Source: Candidatus Deferrimicrobiaceae bacterium | Lineage (GTDB): Bacteria; Desulfobacterota; Deferrimicrobia; Deferrimicrobiales; Deferrimicrobiaceae | Assembly (NCBI GenBank): GCA_035256765.1 | Contig: DATEXR010000017.1 | Span: forward strand, 1-62,503 | Direction of reading: 5' to 3' | DNA length: 62,503 nt | Shown here: positions 15,884 to 25,731 of the stretch, piece by piece | Layout of the letters: every line of letters begins with the position of its first letter | Position numbering within the stretch: the stretch's first letter is position 1 | The notes under the pieces: generated by a model | The model's input: only the letters and a program-made list of their open reading frames with translations | What the model was told of the DNA's origin: nothing | Databases searched by the model: none | Program-made: the position numbers and the translations under genes

Positions 15884-17144
15884 GGCCCGCTTTCTCGAAC
15901 CGGAGGCGTTTGATCCGGAAACGCTCGGTTTCGGCTACCGTGATCCGGTATCCGTGCGCGAGAAAGGTCACCACTCCTTCGGGGACATCCTGGAGGCAGT
16001 CGAGCGCGAAGCCGCCCGCGGTCTCGTACGTGTCCCCCAGGGGGATATCGATCCCGTACTCCTCGCGCAGAACCCGGACCGGCGTCGCGGCGGGGACCGA
16101 GAGCGCGCCATCCTTCTCCCACTCCGGAACCTCGGGGGACTTCGACCCCTCCGCCAGCCTTCCGACGATCTCTTCGAGGAGATCGTGGATCGTGATGACG
16201 CCGCACAGCTTGCCGTGCTCGTCGATGGCAACGGCCAGGTGGACCCTCGTCCTCTGGAACTGGCGGAGCAGGTCCGCGACCTTCATCGATTCGGGAACGT
16301 AAACGGGCTTCTCGACAAACTGCGCCCAATTCTCGCGCGCCCCCGGCCGGAACAGGCTCCGGGAGGAGAGGATCCCCTCGACGTCCTCCCCGTCCGGGCT
16401 CAGAACGGGATACCGGGAGAAGCCGGAGTTCCCGACGATACCCGCCGCGTCCATGTACGCCATCCCCTTCCGCAGGGAAACCACCCCGGACCAGGGGGTC
16501 ATCACCTCGTTCACCACCGTCTCCCCGAAGCGCAAGACCCCCTCGATCATCCTCTCCTCCGTGGAATCGATCGTGCCATGCTCCGCCCCCTCCTCGATCA
16601 CGTCGAGGATCCCTTCCTCGGAGCCGAAACGGATATCCTGGAGGGCCTCGGGAACATACCCCGCTCCGAACAGGAGCCGTCCCAGTCGATCCAGAAGCCT
16701 TGCGGGCAGGGCCGCCCACCGCAGAGCGTGGAGACCACCCTTCCCTCCCCACCGGAGGATCCGGCGGGGACGGGTCATCGCCCCGCGCGTCGAAAGGTTC
16801 TCCAGACAGAAGAGGAGAAACAGGAAGAGAAAGGCCCACCCGGCGGCCGAGGCCGCTCCCTCCCATCCCCGCAGGTGATGGAAGAAGGAGAGGGCGGCTC
16901 CCCCCGCGCATAGTCCGGCGACCCCCTTGAGCGCCGACGACGCGACCCACAGAGAGAAGGGGTGACGGACCCCGGGGTCACGGACGGCTGCGAGCAGGCG
17001 GCCGGCGTTCTCGTTCCCCCCGGCCGCGTCCTCCGCCAGTCCCTCTTCGCCCACGATGAGAAGGGAAGAGCGAAGCGCGGTCACCGCGGCTCCTCCCGCG
17101 GCAAGCAGAATCGCCGCCAGCGCCCAAGCGAAGGAAGTACCCAT
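15867..17144 (-). CDS. CNNM/HlyC/CorC-family transporter (DUF21 + CBS pair + CorC_HlyC)
   Basis: 425 aa. N-terminal TM domain, CBS pair and C-terminal transporter-associated domain. The 3' end overlaps the nitroreductase by 17 nt (convergent). Confidence 0.85.
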   Translation of the reverse strand: MGTSFAWALAAILLAAGGAAVTALRSSLLIVGEEGLAEDAAGGNENAGRLLAAVRDPGVRHPFSLWVASSALKGVAGLCAGGAALSFFHHLRGWEGAASAAGWAFLFLFLLFCLENLSTRGAMTRPRRILRWGGKGGLHALRWAALPARLLDRLGRLLFGAGYVPEALQDIRFGSEEGILDVIEEGAEHGTIDSTEERMIEGVLRFGETVVNEVMTPWSGVVSLRKGMAYMDAAGIVGNSGFSRYPVLSPDGEDVEGILSSRSLFRPGARENWAQFVEKPVYVPESMKVADLLRQFQRTRVHLAVAIDEHGKLCGVITIHDLLEEIVGRLAEGSKSPEVPEWEKDGALSVPAATPVRVLREEYGIDIPLGDTYETAGGFALDCLQDVPEGVVTFLAHGYRITVAETERFRIKRLRFEKAGLTGTP

Positions 17145-17189
17145 GGCACCAATATATCCGATGTGCTACAATTATTCGCTGGGGTCTTG

Positions 17190-18140
17190 ATGAAAAAGGT
17201 CGCGTATGTCTACCATCCGGACTATCTGCTCCACGCCCCCCCGTTCGATCACCCGGAATCCCCGGATCGCCTGATCGCGATCAACGAGCATCTCCAGGGC
17301 GTCGGTCTCCTCGACACGCTCGTGCCGGTAACCCCGGACTACCCGGACAACGGGGAAATTCTCCGGGTTCACGACCCCGATTACCTGCGGAGTCTGGAAC
17401 ATGCCTGCCGCCGGGGGGACCTGACGCTCGAAGCCGAGGACACCTACCTGAACAAGAACTCCTACTCGATCGCCCTGCTCTCGGCCGCAGGGGCCATGGC
17501 AGGAGCCGATGCCGTCGCCACCGGGAAGGTCGACCGGGCGTTCTGCGCCCTCCGCCCCCCGGGGCACCACGCCGGGCGCGCCGTGGGGATGGGATTCTGC
17601 CTCCTGAACAATGCCGCGATCACCGCCCGGTACCTGCAGGCGAAGCACGGCGTATCCAAGGTGATGATCATCGACTGGGACGTCCACCACGGCAACGGTA
17701 CCCAGAACATCTTCTGGGAGGATCCGTCGGTGTTTTACTTCAGCATTCACGAGAACCCCGCCTTCCTCTACCCGGGCACGGGGCGGCGATGGGAAACGGG
17801 GAAAGGGGCCGGGGAAGGGATGACCCTCAATGCGCCGATGGCTCCGGGGGCGGGAAACGACGAGTACCGGCTGGCGTTCGAACAGATGCTCGCCCCCGCG
17901 GTGGACCGGTTCCGTCCGGAAGTGTTCGTCCTTTCCACCGGGTTCGACGCCCACCGCGACGACCCGCTGGCCGACATCGAACTCACGGAAGAAGGGTACC
18001 AGTGTCTGTCGGGGATCCTCGTCGATCTGGCAAACCGATCCTGCGGCGGGAAGATCATCTCCCTGCTCGAGGGAGGATACGAGAGGGAGTCCCTCATGCG
18101 GTGCACGGAAATCCACATCCGGGAACTCCAGAAGGACTGA
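17190..18140 (+). CDS. histone deacetylase-family protein (AcuC-like)
   Basis: Start at MKKVAYVYHPDYLLH. Also RPPGHHA, DWDVHHGNGTQ and EGGY motifs. Confidence 0.9.
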   Translation: MKKVAYVYHPDYLLHAPPFDHPESPDRLIAINEHLQGVGLLDTLVPVTPDYPDNGEILRVHDPDYLRSLEHACRRGDLTLEAEDTYLNKNSYSIALLSAAGAMAGADAVATGKVDRAFCALRPPGHHAGRAVGMGFCLLNNAAITARYLQAKHGVSKVMIIDWDVHHGNGTQNIFWEDPSVFYFSIHENPAFLYPGTGRRWETGKGAGEGMTLNAPMAPGAGNDEYRLAFEQMLAPAVDRFRPEVFVLSTGFDAHRDDPLADIELTEEGYQCLSGILVDLANRSCGGKIISLLEGGYERESLMRCTEIHIRELQKD

Positions 18141-18166
18141 CCCGGGGGGAATGACAGGAGGACTGC

Positions 18167-18826
18167 ATGTTTGTCACCCGAAGAATGCGGCGGGACGTCG
18201 TAACCGTCGCTCCATCCTCCACCCTGAAGGAGGCGCGCCGCCTGATGCGCGAGCACAACGTCCGCCAGCTCCCGGTCACCGGCAAGGAGAACGAGCTGAT
18301 CGGCGTCCTGTCGGATCGGGACATCCGGGAGGCGATGCTGCCGGTGGGAATCCTTCCCGGCGCTTCGGAAGCGAAGATGGAGGAGATGCTCGCGAACACC
18401 CCCGTGGAGAAGGTCATGACCCGCAAGGTCGTCACCGCCACGATCGACGACTCCCTGGAGGACGCGATCGTCCTGCTGCACGACTTCCGGGTCAACTCCC
18501 TTCCCGTGGTGGACGACAAGGGCAGAGTGGCCGGGATCATCACGCGGACGGACATCCTCAAGGCGTTCATCGAGGCGCTGGGTGTGGGGGAGATCAGCAG
18601 CCGCCTGGAAGTCGTGGTCCCCGACATTCCGGGGTCGCTGGTCCCCCTCGTCACGATCATCAAGAACTTCCATGTGAACATCACGAGCATCCTGACCACC
18701 GGTCACACCGATCCGGACAAGCGCGCCGTCTTCTTCCGGATCGCGACCCTCAACGTCGGACCGATCCGGGAGGCCCTCCAGAAGGCGGGGTACGAGATCC
18801 TCAACCCGGGGGACTTCCGGACATGA
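18167..18826 (+). CDS. CBS-pair plus ACT-domain protein (AcuB-like)
   Basis: 219 aa with two CBS repeats and a C-terminal ACT-like domain. Follows the AcuC-like gene. Confidence 0.8.
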   Translation: MFVTRRMRRDVVTVAPSSTLKEARRLMREHNVRQLPVTGKENELIGVLSDRDIREAMLPVGILPGASEAKMEEMLANTPVEKVMTRKVVTATIDDSLEDAIVLLHDFRVNSLPVVDDKGRVAGIITRTDILKAFIEALGVGEISSRLEVVVPDIPGSLVPLVTIIKNFHVNITSILTTGHTDPDKRAVFFRIATLNVGPIREALQKAGYEILNPGDFRT

Positions 18827-19827
18827 ACGCCATGCTGCTGCGGGAGAGAGGGCCGATCGAAACCTCTCCCCTCGTGGCGACGGACCTTCCGGACCCTTCC
18901 CCCGGGCGGGGGGAGATCCGGGTGAAGGTGTCCGCATGCGGGATCTGCCGGACGGACCTCCACGTCATCGAGGGCGATCTTCCCCCCCGGCGGACGCCTG
19001 TCATCCCGGGGCACCAGGTCGTGGGCACGGTGGACGCCGCCGGCAAAGCGGCGACCCGGTTCCCGCGGGGGACCCGCGTGGGGATCGCCTGGCTTGCGCG
19101 AACCTGCGGGGTCTGCGATTTCTGCGCGGGGGGAAGGGAGAACCTGTGCGACCGCCCGCTGTTTACGGGATATCACCGGGACGGCGGGTTCGCGGAGTAC
19201 GCGGTCGTGCCCGAGGCGTTCGCCTATCCCCTCCCCCCGGCCTTCCGGGACACCGAAGCCGCCCCGCTCTTATGCGCCGGGATCATCGGGTACCGCGCCT
19301 TGCGGAGGGCCGATTTGCCCGCCGGGGGGAAGCTGGCGATCTACGGGTTCGGCTCGTCCGCCCATATCGTGATCCAGCTGGCCCTCCACCGGGGGTGCGA
19401 GGTGTTCGTCTGCACGCGGGGAAAGCGGCACCGGGAACTCGCGAAACGGATGGGAGCATCCTGGGCGGGGGAAGACCCGGCGAAGATGCCGGCGCCCGCC
19501 GACTCGGCGATCCTGTTCGCGCCGTCGGGCGAGCTGGTTCCCCCGGCCCTGAGACAGCTGAACAAGGGGGGTACCCTGTCGCTCGCGGGCATCCACATGA
19601 GCGACGTCCCGGCGATGAAGTACGAGGAGTGTCTCTTCTACGAGAAAAATATCCGGAGCGTCACGGCGAACACCCGGCAGGACGGCCTGGACCTTCTCCG
19701 GGAGGCCGCGGAGGTCCCCATCCGGCCGAAGGTCACCCTCTTCCCCCTCGAGGAGGCCAACCGGGCGCTCCAGCTGCTCAAGGCGGACAAACTCCAGGGA
19801 ACGGGCGTCCTGACCGTAGGCGGATGA
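18823..19827 (+). CDS. zinc-dependent alcohol dehydrogenase
   Basis: Real part of ORF 17830..19827. ATG 18823 overlaps the previous stop (ATGA). CGICRTDLH, GHQVVG, the structural-zinc CGVCDFCAGGRENLC and GFGSSAH. Confidence 0.9.
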   Translation: MNAMLLRERGPIETSPLVATDLPDPSPGRGEIRVKVSACGICRTDLHVIEGDLPPRRTPVIPGHQVVGTVDAAGKAATRFPRGTRVGIAWLARTCGVCDFCAGGRENLCDRPLFTGYHRDGGFAEYAVVPEAFAYPLPPAFRDTEAAPLLCAGIIGYRALRRADLPAGGKLAIYGFGSSAHIVIQLALHRGCEVFVCTRGKRHRELAKRMGASWAGEDPAKMPAPADSAILFAPSGELVPPALRQLNKGGTLSLAGIHMSDVPAMKYEECLFYEKNIRSVTANTRQDGLDLLREAAEVPIRPKVTLFPLEEANRALQLLKADKLQGTGVLTVGG

Positions 19828-19852
19828 TTTCCCCGTTTCCCCCCCCTGCGGA

Positions 19853-21229
19853 CTACCCCTTCCCCTCCCGCCTCAGGATCCCTTCCGCGGCGAGAATGCC
19901 GTTGAGCGCGGCTCCGACGATCCCCCGGGACTTCCCCACCCCGTCCCCGGCCACGAAGAGGTTCGGGACGTTGGTCTCGAGGTAGCGGTCGGTCGCGTAC
20001 TTCGTGTCGTAGAACTTGATTTCGGGAACGTAGACCGTCGTGGAGGGGTGCGCCACTCCCGGGATGACACGCGAGAGCAGGAGCAGGGTCTCCCTCAGGT
20101 TGTCGACGATCCGCCCGGGATAGGCGTAGGAGATGTCCCCCGGCGTGACCCCCGGCCCCAAGGGGAGGGTCGGCGTCATCTTGTCGTATCCGAGCAAGGC
20201 CGAGGAAAACGTCTCGGCCCGGGAGCGGCGCCCCTGGGTCAGGTCCCCCCACCGCTGGACGACCAGGCTGTCCCCGCCCCCCCAGAAATTGGCGAACTCC
20301 ATCACCTTCCGGCCCATCTCCGTCGTGTCCTGGACCGGTTCGGTCATCGAGACGGTGTTCAAGATCGCGAAATTGGTGTTCGGCGTCTTTCGCTTCTTCA
20401 GCGCATCCCCGTTCACGAGGCGGTATCCGTTCCTCATCTCGACGCGGACCCTCCCCCCGGGATTGGTGCAGAACGTCCGGGTGCGGTCCTGGTGGGTGGG
20501 GGTCACGAAGAGGAACTTGGGGTCGTAGAGGACCCGCGTGATCTCGTCGTACACGGGTTGGGCCACCTCCACCCGGCAGCCGATGTCGATGGCGCCGTAC
20601 TGCGTGAGCGCCCCGATCCCGCGGGCGACCCCGCGGAACCAGTAGGCGCCCTCCCGCCCCGGGGCCGCCACGACATACCGGGAACGAAACTCCCCTCGCG
20701 CGCTTCGCAGGAGGAACGTCCCGTCCTCGTTCCGCGCGAGGTCGGTCACCCGCGTGCGGAGAGAGAAGTCGACCCCTTCCCCTGCGATCGAATCCGTCAT
20801 GCGGGCGACGACGCGGTGCGCCAGGTCCGTCCCCATGTGCCGCTGTCTCGCGGGAACGAGCGTGATGTCCCAGTCCCCCTTTTCCGTCCGGCGCCGGACC
20901 CAGGACACGCGGTCCAGCCACCATTGGATCTTCTCCTGGTCGACCCCGTACAGGACACGGTCGGCCCCGTGTTCGAGAAACACCTCGTCGATCGCGGCGA
21001 TCCGCTTTTCGGCCTCCGTTTCCGACAACGCCAGCTCCGTCAGGTCGAGGCCGATGTGCGGGGAGAGGTTCAACTTCCCGTCGGTCATCGCCCCGGCCCC
21101 GCCGGTGCGGCTTTTCTCCTCCATCACGAGAACGCGCAACTTCCCGGCCAGCGTACTGGCCGCGAAGAGCCCGGCGGGGCCCGCCCCGACGATGACGACA
21201 TCCCAGACGGAAGGCAGCTCAGCGGACAC
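19853..21229 (-). CDS. FAD-dependent oxidoreductase (uncharacterised dehydrogenase family)
   Basis: GTG 21227-21229 with GGAGGA upstream. DVVIVGAGPAGLFAA Rossmann motif. The upstream part of ORF 19853..21562 is Arg/Gly-rich shadow. Confidence 0.8.
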   Translation of the reverse strand: MSAELPSVWDVVIVGAGPAGLFAASTLAGKLRVLVMEEKSRTGGAGAMTDGKLNLSPHIGLDLTELALSETEAEKRIAAIDEVFLEHGADRVLYGVDQEKIQWWLDRVSWVRRRTEKGDWDITLVPARQRHMGTDLAHRVVARMTDSIAGEGVDFSLRTRVTDLARNEDGTFLLRSARGEFRSRYVVAAPGREGAYWFRGVARGIGALTQYGAIDIGCRVEVAQPVYDEITRVLYDPKFLFVTPTHQDRTRTFCTNPGGRVRVEMRNGYRLVNGDALKKRKTPNTNFAILNTVSMTEPVQDTTEMGRKVMEFANFWGGGDSLVVQRWGDLTQGRRSRAETFSSALLGYDKMTPTLPLGPGVTPGDISYAYPGRIVDNLRETLLLLSRVIPGVAHPSTTVYVPEIKFYDTKYATDRYLETNVPNLFVAGDGVGKSRGIVGAALNGILAAEGILRREGKG

Positions 21230-22274
21230 CGATTCCTCCCGCGCAGGAGATCTGCGGACCCGCGGAGATCCGGAACGGAAACGGGGAGACGCCCCGGCTT
21301 TCGAGGAACGATTCCACCGTTTCCCGGTCCCCCGGATCCCGGAGCAATCCGAACAGCATCCCTCCCCCTCCCGCGCCGCAGAGCTTCGCCCCGGACACCC
21401 ACCTACGGAATTCGGGGGAGGAGAATGCGCTGTCCACCTTCCTCGTGGAAATCCCCCGCGCGGTCGTCCTGCGGATCGCCCACTCGCGCGCCATGGCCCG
21501 ACCGGCCCGCTCGATCTCCCCCGCGGATACGGCCTCCCACGCGTCCCGCGCGGCATCCGCAATCCCGCGGAACCTGCGGAGCGCTTCGGGATTCCCGTCG
21601 ATCGCCCCCCGGATCATCCGCCAGTTCAGCCCCGCGGAGAAGTGGGACTTCCCCGTGCCCGCCAGGAAGCCGTGCGCCGCGAAGATGCGCCCCACGGGGG
21701 ATCCCGGCGCGATTCTCTCCGCCTCCGTCCGCCCCGGAAAGTACCGGATCCCCTGGATCCCGCCGCGCAGAGCGGCAATATGGTCCTGGGAGCCGGTGAG
21801 GCTCCGGAGATGAGCGGCCTCGATTTCCATCGCCTCCCGCGCCGTGTCTCTCCAGCTTTTCCGAATCCCGAGGAGACGGCACATCGCCAGCACCGTGGCG
21901 ACGAGAAGGGCGGACGACGCCCCGATGCCGGAGCCAAGGGGCGCCTCGTTGCGGAACCGAAGCTCGATTCCGGTTTGGGGCGGGAAGGACCGCAGGGCCG
22001 CTGCGATCAGGCCGAACTTCCCCCGCGTCGGGAACCCATGCGTGTCCCCGGCTTCCGCCCGGAGGGAGAAATTTTCGGAAACGAGACGGACGGTCCTTCG
22101 GAGGAGGCGGATCGAGACGACGCTCGACACGCAAATCGCCGCGTTGACGGTCATCGACCCCGGAACGAGAAGATAGAGGGGGAAGATGTCGAGAGTTCCC
22201 CCCGCGATGTCGACCCGGTTGGGCACCACCACCCGGACCAGAGGGGTTCCTTCCGGGGGTTTCCGTTTTCCCAT
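21219..22274 (-). CDS. GHMP-family sugar kinase (HddA/fucokinase-like)
   Basis: Start at MGKRKPPEG (ATG 22272-22274). VDIAGGTLDIFP, motif II PLGSGIGASSAL and motif III KLCGAGGGG. Overlaps the downstream oxidoreductase by 11 nt. Confidence 0.8.
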   Translation of the reverse strand: MGKRKPPEGTPLVRVVVPNRVDIAGGTLDIFPLYLLVPGSMTVNAAICVSSVVSIRLLRRTVRLVSENFSLRAEAGDTHGFPTRGKFGLIAAALRSFPPQTGIELRFRNEAPLGSGIGASSALLVATVLAMCRLLGIRKSWRDTAREAMEIEAAHLRSLTGSQDHIAALRGGIQGIRYFPGRTEAERIAPGSPVGRIFAAHGFLAGTGKSHFSAGLNWRMIRGAIDGNPEALRRFRGIADAARDAWEAVSAGEIERAGRAMAREWAIRRTTARGISTRKVDSAFSSPEFRRWVSGAKLCGAGGGGMLFGLLRDPGDRETVESFLESRGVSPFPFRISAGPQISCAGGIGVR

Positions 22275-22433
22275 CCCGCCTCTCTCGTTGCGATGCGACG
22301 CTCGGTTTTTTTGTAACACGGCGGGGGGGGAAGAGAAAGGCGTCATTTCTCCCTTTACGAGCCGCCGGAGCGCCTTGTATAAAAGGGGGAGAAAGAACTG
22401 CCCATCCGCACCCTTTCGGACAGGAGGTTCCCG

Positions 22434-23135
22434 ATGCCGCCCGTCAAGATCCGCTGGTTCGGCCATTCCGGCTTTTCCCTCCAGGATCCCTCCGGCAAGA
22501 CCGTCCTGATCGACCCGTGGTTCCAGGGGAATCCGACCGCGCCCTCCGGGCCGGAGGAAGTGAAGAAGGCGGAGTTTCTGCTCCTCACGCACGACCATTT
22601 CGACCACGCGGCCGACGCAGCCGCGCTCGCCCGCCAGACCGGTGCCCTCGTGATCGGGATCTTCGAGCTGATCGGCGACCTCAAGGCGAAGGGCGTCCCC
22701 GAGTCCCAGCTCCTTCACGGAGGGATCGGGATGAACGTGGGCGGCACCGTGGTCCTCGACGGCTTTTCCTTCACGATGACGGAGGCGAGGCATTCCTGCA
22801 CGCTCGGGACGCCCGTGGGGTACGTCATCCAGACCCCGTCCGGCCTGACCGTCTACCACTCGGGGGATACGGGCATCTTCTCCGGCATGGAGCTCATCGG
22901 AGAGCTCTACCCCGTCGACGTGGCGCTCCTGCCGATCGGGTCGGTCTTCACGATGGATTACCGGCAGGCGGCGAAGGCGGCCGCCCTGCTGAAGGCGAAA
23001 ACGGTCATCCCGATGCACTTCGGAACGTTCCCGATCCTGGAACCGAACGCGGACCGTTTCGTCGCGGAGATGAAGAAAACCGTTCCGGGGACGCGGGTGG
23101 TCGTTCTCAGCCCGGGGGAAGAAACTTCCGTCTGA
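22434..23135 (+). CDS. metallo-beta-lactamase-fold hydrolase (UPF0173-like)
   Basis: 233 aa with IRWFGHSGF and THDHFDH motifs. Confidence 0.85.
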   Translation: MPPVKIRWFGHSGFSLQDPSGKTVLIDPWFQGNPTAPSGPEEVKKAEFLLLTHDHFDHAADAAALARQTGALVIGIFELIGDLKAKGVPESQLLHGGIGMNVGGTVVLDGFSFTMTEARHSCTLGTPVGYVIQTPSGLTVYHSGDTGIFSGMELIGELYPVDVALLPIGSVFTMDYRQAAKAAALLKAKTVIPMHFGTFPILEPNADRFVAEMKKTVPGTRVVVLSPGEETSV

Positions 23136-23249
23136 AGGGGTACCGAAAAACAGGGACGGTCCTGGCATCCTATTATCGGTTTATCCACCCCTCGTCGTGG
23201 ACCTCGGTCCCGGTGTGGGCATGCCAAGTCCTCCCGCAGGACCGTCCCT

Positions 23250-24182
23250 TCAGATCCTTTCCGCCACGGCGGCCATGAGAAGGGGAAAGAGGATCTCGTG
23301 CGGTCCGATCAGGTGGTACCCTTTCCCGCCGCCGCGGGTGGGGCGCGACACCACGTTGACATCCGGGCGGTACAGTCGCTGGAAATCCATGTTCACGGTG
23401 GTGATCCGCGAGAGGGGCTTCCCCAGGTTCCGGGCGACCGACACGGCCTTGAGAAAGACCTCCGGCAGGACGACGGCCGAGCCGACGTTGAGATAGACTC
23501 CTCCCTGGAGGCGGGCGACCAGCGAGCAAAAGGAGCGGAAGTCCCGAAGCGACGCCTCCCCCGTCGCCGCGCCGTCGGTCTCGGGGTGCATGTGGATGAT
23601 GTCCGCGCCGACGCAGACATGGACCGTCACCGGAATCTTTCGCTTCCACGCCCCGGCGAGCAGGGAACGACCGCGATGGGGAGCCCGCGACGCCGCGAGC
23701 GCCTTCCCGACCGCCGCGCCGAAGCCCAGGCCCTCCCGGACCCCGACCCCCACCGCCGCGTGAATGAACATGGCCGTCTCCCGCGCCATCCCGAAGGAAC
23801 CGTCCGCCAGCTGCGCATCCACATCCTCCGACGTCTTTCCCGCGAGGGCGAGCTCCACGTCGTGGATCACCCCCGCGCCGTTCATCGCGACGCCGGCGAA
23901 GAGCCCATCCGACAGCCCCTGCAACAGGAGGGGGGACAGCCCCACCTTGATGAAATGGGCGCCGATCCCGAGCAGGACGGGCGCGTTCCGCCGCCGGGCC
24001 CGGACCACCGCGTCCACCACCGCGCGGAAATCCTTCGCCGCCAGGTAATCGGGAAGCCCTTCGAGGAACGCGCGGAAGGACATCCCCTTCCGGACGGGGG
24101 ACGCAAACCCCCGGAACGAAACGATGCTTTTCCGGGAGTGAAGGGAGGTTCGCCGGAGCCGGGAGAGGTCGAGATCCCTCAT
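23250..24182 (-). CDS. deoxyhypusine-synthase-like family protein (assignment tentative)
   Basis: Start at MRDLDLSRL. This ATG overlaps the gmhA stop (ATGA). GAHFIKVGLSPLLL...AMNGAGVIHDVELALAGKTSEDV resembles the DS-family nucleotide-binding pattern. I cannot verify the family without a search. Confidence 0.5.
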   Translation of the reverse strand: MRDLDLSRLRRTSLHSRKSIVSFRGFASPVRKGMSFRAFLEGLPDYLAAKDFRAVVDAVVRARRRNAPVLLGIGAHFIKVGLSPLLLQGLSDGLFAGVAMNGAGVIHDVELALAGKTSEDVDAQLADGSFGMARETAMFIHAAVGVGVREGLGFGAAVGKALAASRAPHRGRSLLAGAWKRKIPVTVHVCVGADIIHMHPETDGAATGEASLRDFRSFCSLVARLQGGVYLNVGSAVVLPEVFLKAVSVARNLGKPLSRITTVNMDFQRLYRPDVNVVSRPTRGGGKGYHLIGPHEILFPLLMAAVAERI

Positions 24183-24760
24183 CGCTTCCCGGCCTCGCGG
24201 AACAGGAGTGTGTCCGTGAGCTCGCACAGGATGTGTCCCACCGCCACGTGCGCCTCCTGGATCCGCGGGGTGCTCTTGGAGGGGACGCAAAGGGCGATAT
24301 CCGCGAGCGAGGCCGCCTTCCCTCCCTCCCCCACGAGGGCGATCGTGACCATCCCCTGCTTCTTCGCCACCCGGAACGCCTTGAGCACGTTGGGGGAGCT
24401 CCCGCTCGTGCTGATCCCGAACGCGATGTCCCCCTTCTTCCCGAGGGCCTTGATCTGTTTGCTGAAGACATCGTCGAATGTGTAATCGTTCGAGATGCTG
24501 GTGAGTATGGAAGTGTCCGTGGTGAGAGCGATCGCCGGCAGGGGCGGCCGCTCGATCAGGAACCGGTTCATGAACTCGGCCGCGATGTGCTGGGAATCGG
24601 CGGCGCTCCCCCCGTTGCCGAAGAGAAGAACCTTCCTTCCCGCCTTGAAGGTCTCCGCGATCGTCTTCGCCGCCTCCAGGATGTCGCCGGTCATCGTCTC
24701 GATCATCTGGAGGCGCAGATCCGCCCCCTCTTTCAGTATCTTTCCGATCGCTTCCTTCAC
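24179..24760 (-). CDS. gmhA: D-sedoheptulose-7-phosphate isomerase (SIS domain)
   Basis: GTG 24758-24760 with GGAGGAG upstream. GNGGSAADSQH, SISNDY and FGISTSGSSPNV motifs. Confidence 0.85.
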   Translation of the reverse strand: MKEAIGKILKEGADLRLQMIETMTGDILEAAKTIAETFKAGRKVLLFGNGGSAADSQHIAAEFMNRFLIERPPLPAIALTTDTSILTSISNDYTFDDVFSKQIKALGKKGDIAFGISTSGSSPNVLKAFRVAKKQGMVTIALVGEGGKAASLADIALCVPSKSTPRIQEAHVAVGHILCELTDTLLFREAGKR

Positions 24761-24867
24761 GCGGGATCTCCTCCGGAAGGGTAGAGGAAAATTGAATCTC
24801 TTTTTCCCGGGAGTGTCAAGAAACGGGTGCACCCCGCAACTTTCCTTTCGGGAAAAACCGCGGTAGC

Positions 24868-25302
24868 ATGAATCGCATCTATATCATCCTGAAGGGACTT
24901 CCCGTGGACGACGTGATCGACCGGATCCTGGACGGGGCGAAAACCGTCGCCGTCGTGGGGCTCTCGGACAAGCCCGACCGCCCGAGCCACATCGTTGCGC
25001 GCTATCTCCGGGGGAAAGGGTACCGGGTCATTCCGGTGAACCCCATGATCCGCGAGGCCCTCGGCGAAAAATCCTACGGGGCCCTGGCGGAGATCCCGGG
25101 CGGGGTCGATCTCGTCGACGTGTTCCGGAGATCGGAGACGGTACCCGCGATCGCCGAGGAGGCGATCCGGATCGGCGCAAGATTCTTCTGGATGCAGGAG
25201 AGCGTAGTGAACGAGGAAGCCCGGACCAGGCTCGCCGCAGCGGGGATTCCCGTGGTGATGGACCGGTGCGTGATGAAGGAGCTCGCGAAACGCGGAAGAT
25301 GA
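24868..25302 (+). CDS. CoA-binding domain protein (YccU-like)
   Basis: 144 aa with TVAVVGLSDKPDRPSH...VIPVNP...VDLVDVFR. Confidence 0.85.
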   Translation: MNRIYIILKGLPVDDVIDRILDGAKTVAVVGLSDKPDRPSHIVARYLRGKGYRVIPVNPMIREALGEKSYGALAEIPGGVDLVDVFRRSETVPAIAEEAIRIGARFFWMQESVVNEEARTRLAAAGIPVVMDRCVMKELAKRGR

Positions 25303-25403
25303 ACCTACCAAGCGATCCTGTCCTGCGGTGAGGGATGGATCTCTCGCCGACCGGCGACCGCCCGGCGCGGCGTCGGGACGACAGGGCAGGCAGGGAGGAA
25401 CCG

Positions 25404-25730
25404 ATGGCCGGAACCATACTGGAACTGAACAGCGGGAACTTCAAGACGACGGTCGAATCCGGGTCCATCCCGGTGCTGGTCGACTTCTGGGCTCCCTGGT
25501 GCGGGCCGTGCCGGGTCATCGCACCGATTCTCGAAGAGGTGGCGAAGGAATTCGAGGGGAAGGTGCGGGTGGCCAAACTGAACGTGGACGACAGCCCGGA
25601 CATCGCCTCGCAGTTCGGCGTCCGCGGAATCCCCACACTCATCCTGTTCCGGGACGGGCAGATCAAGGGGCAGATGGTGGGAGTCAACCCCAAGAACAAC
25701 ATCGTTCAGCTCATACAGAAAAACCTGTGA
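25404..25730 (+). CDS. trxA: thioredoxin
   Basis: Start at MAGTILELNSGNF (GGGAGGAA upstream). WAPWCGPCR active site. Confidence 0.95.
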   Translation: MAGTILELNSGNFKTTVESGSIPVLVDFWAPWCGPCRVIAPILEEVAKEFEGKVRVAKLNVDDSPDIASQFGVRGIPTLILFRDGQIKGQMVGVNPKNNIVQLIQKNL

Positions 25731-25731
25731 T

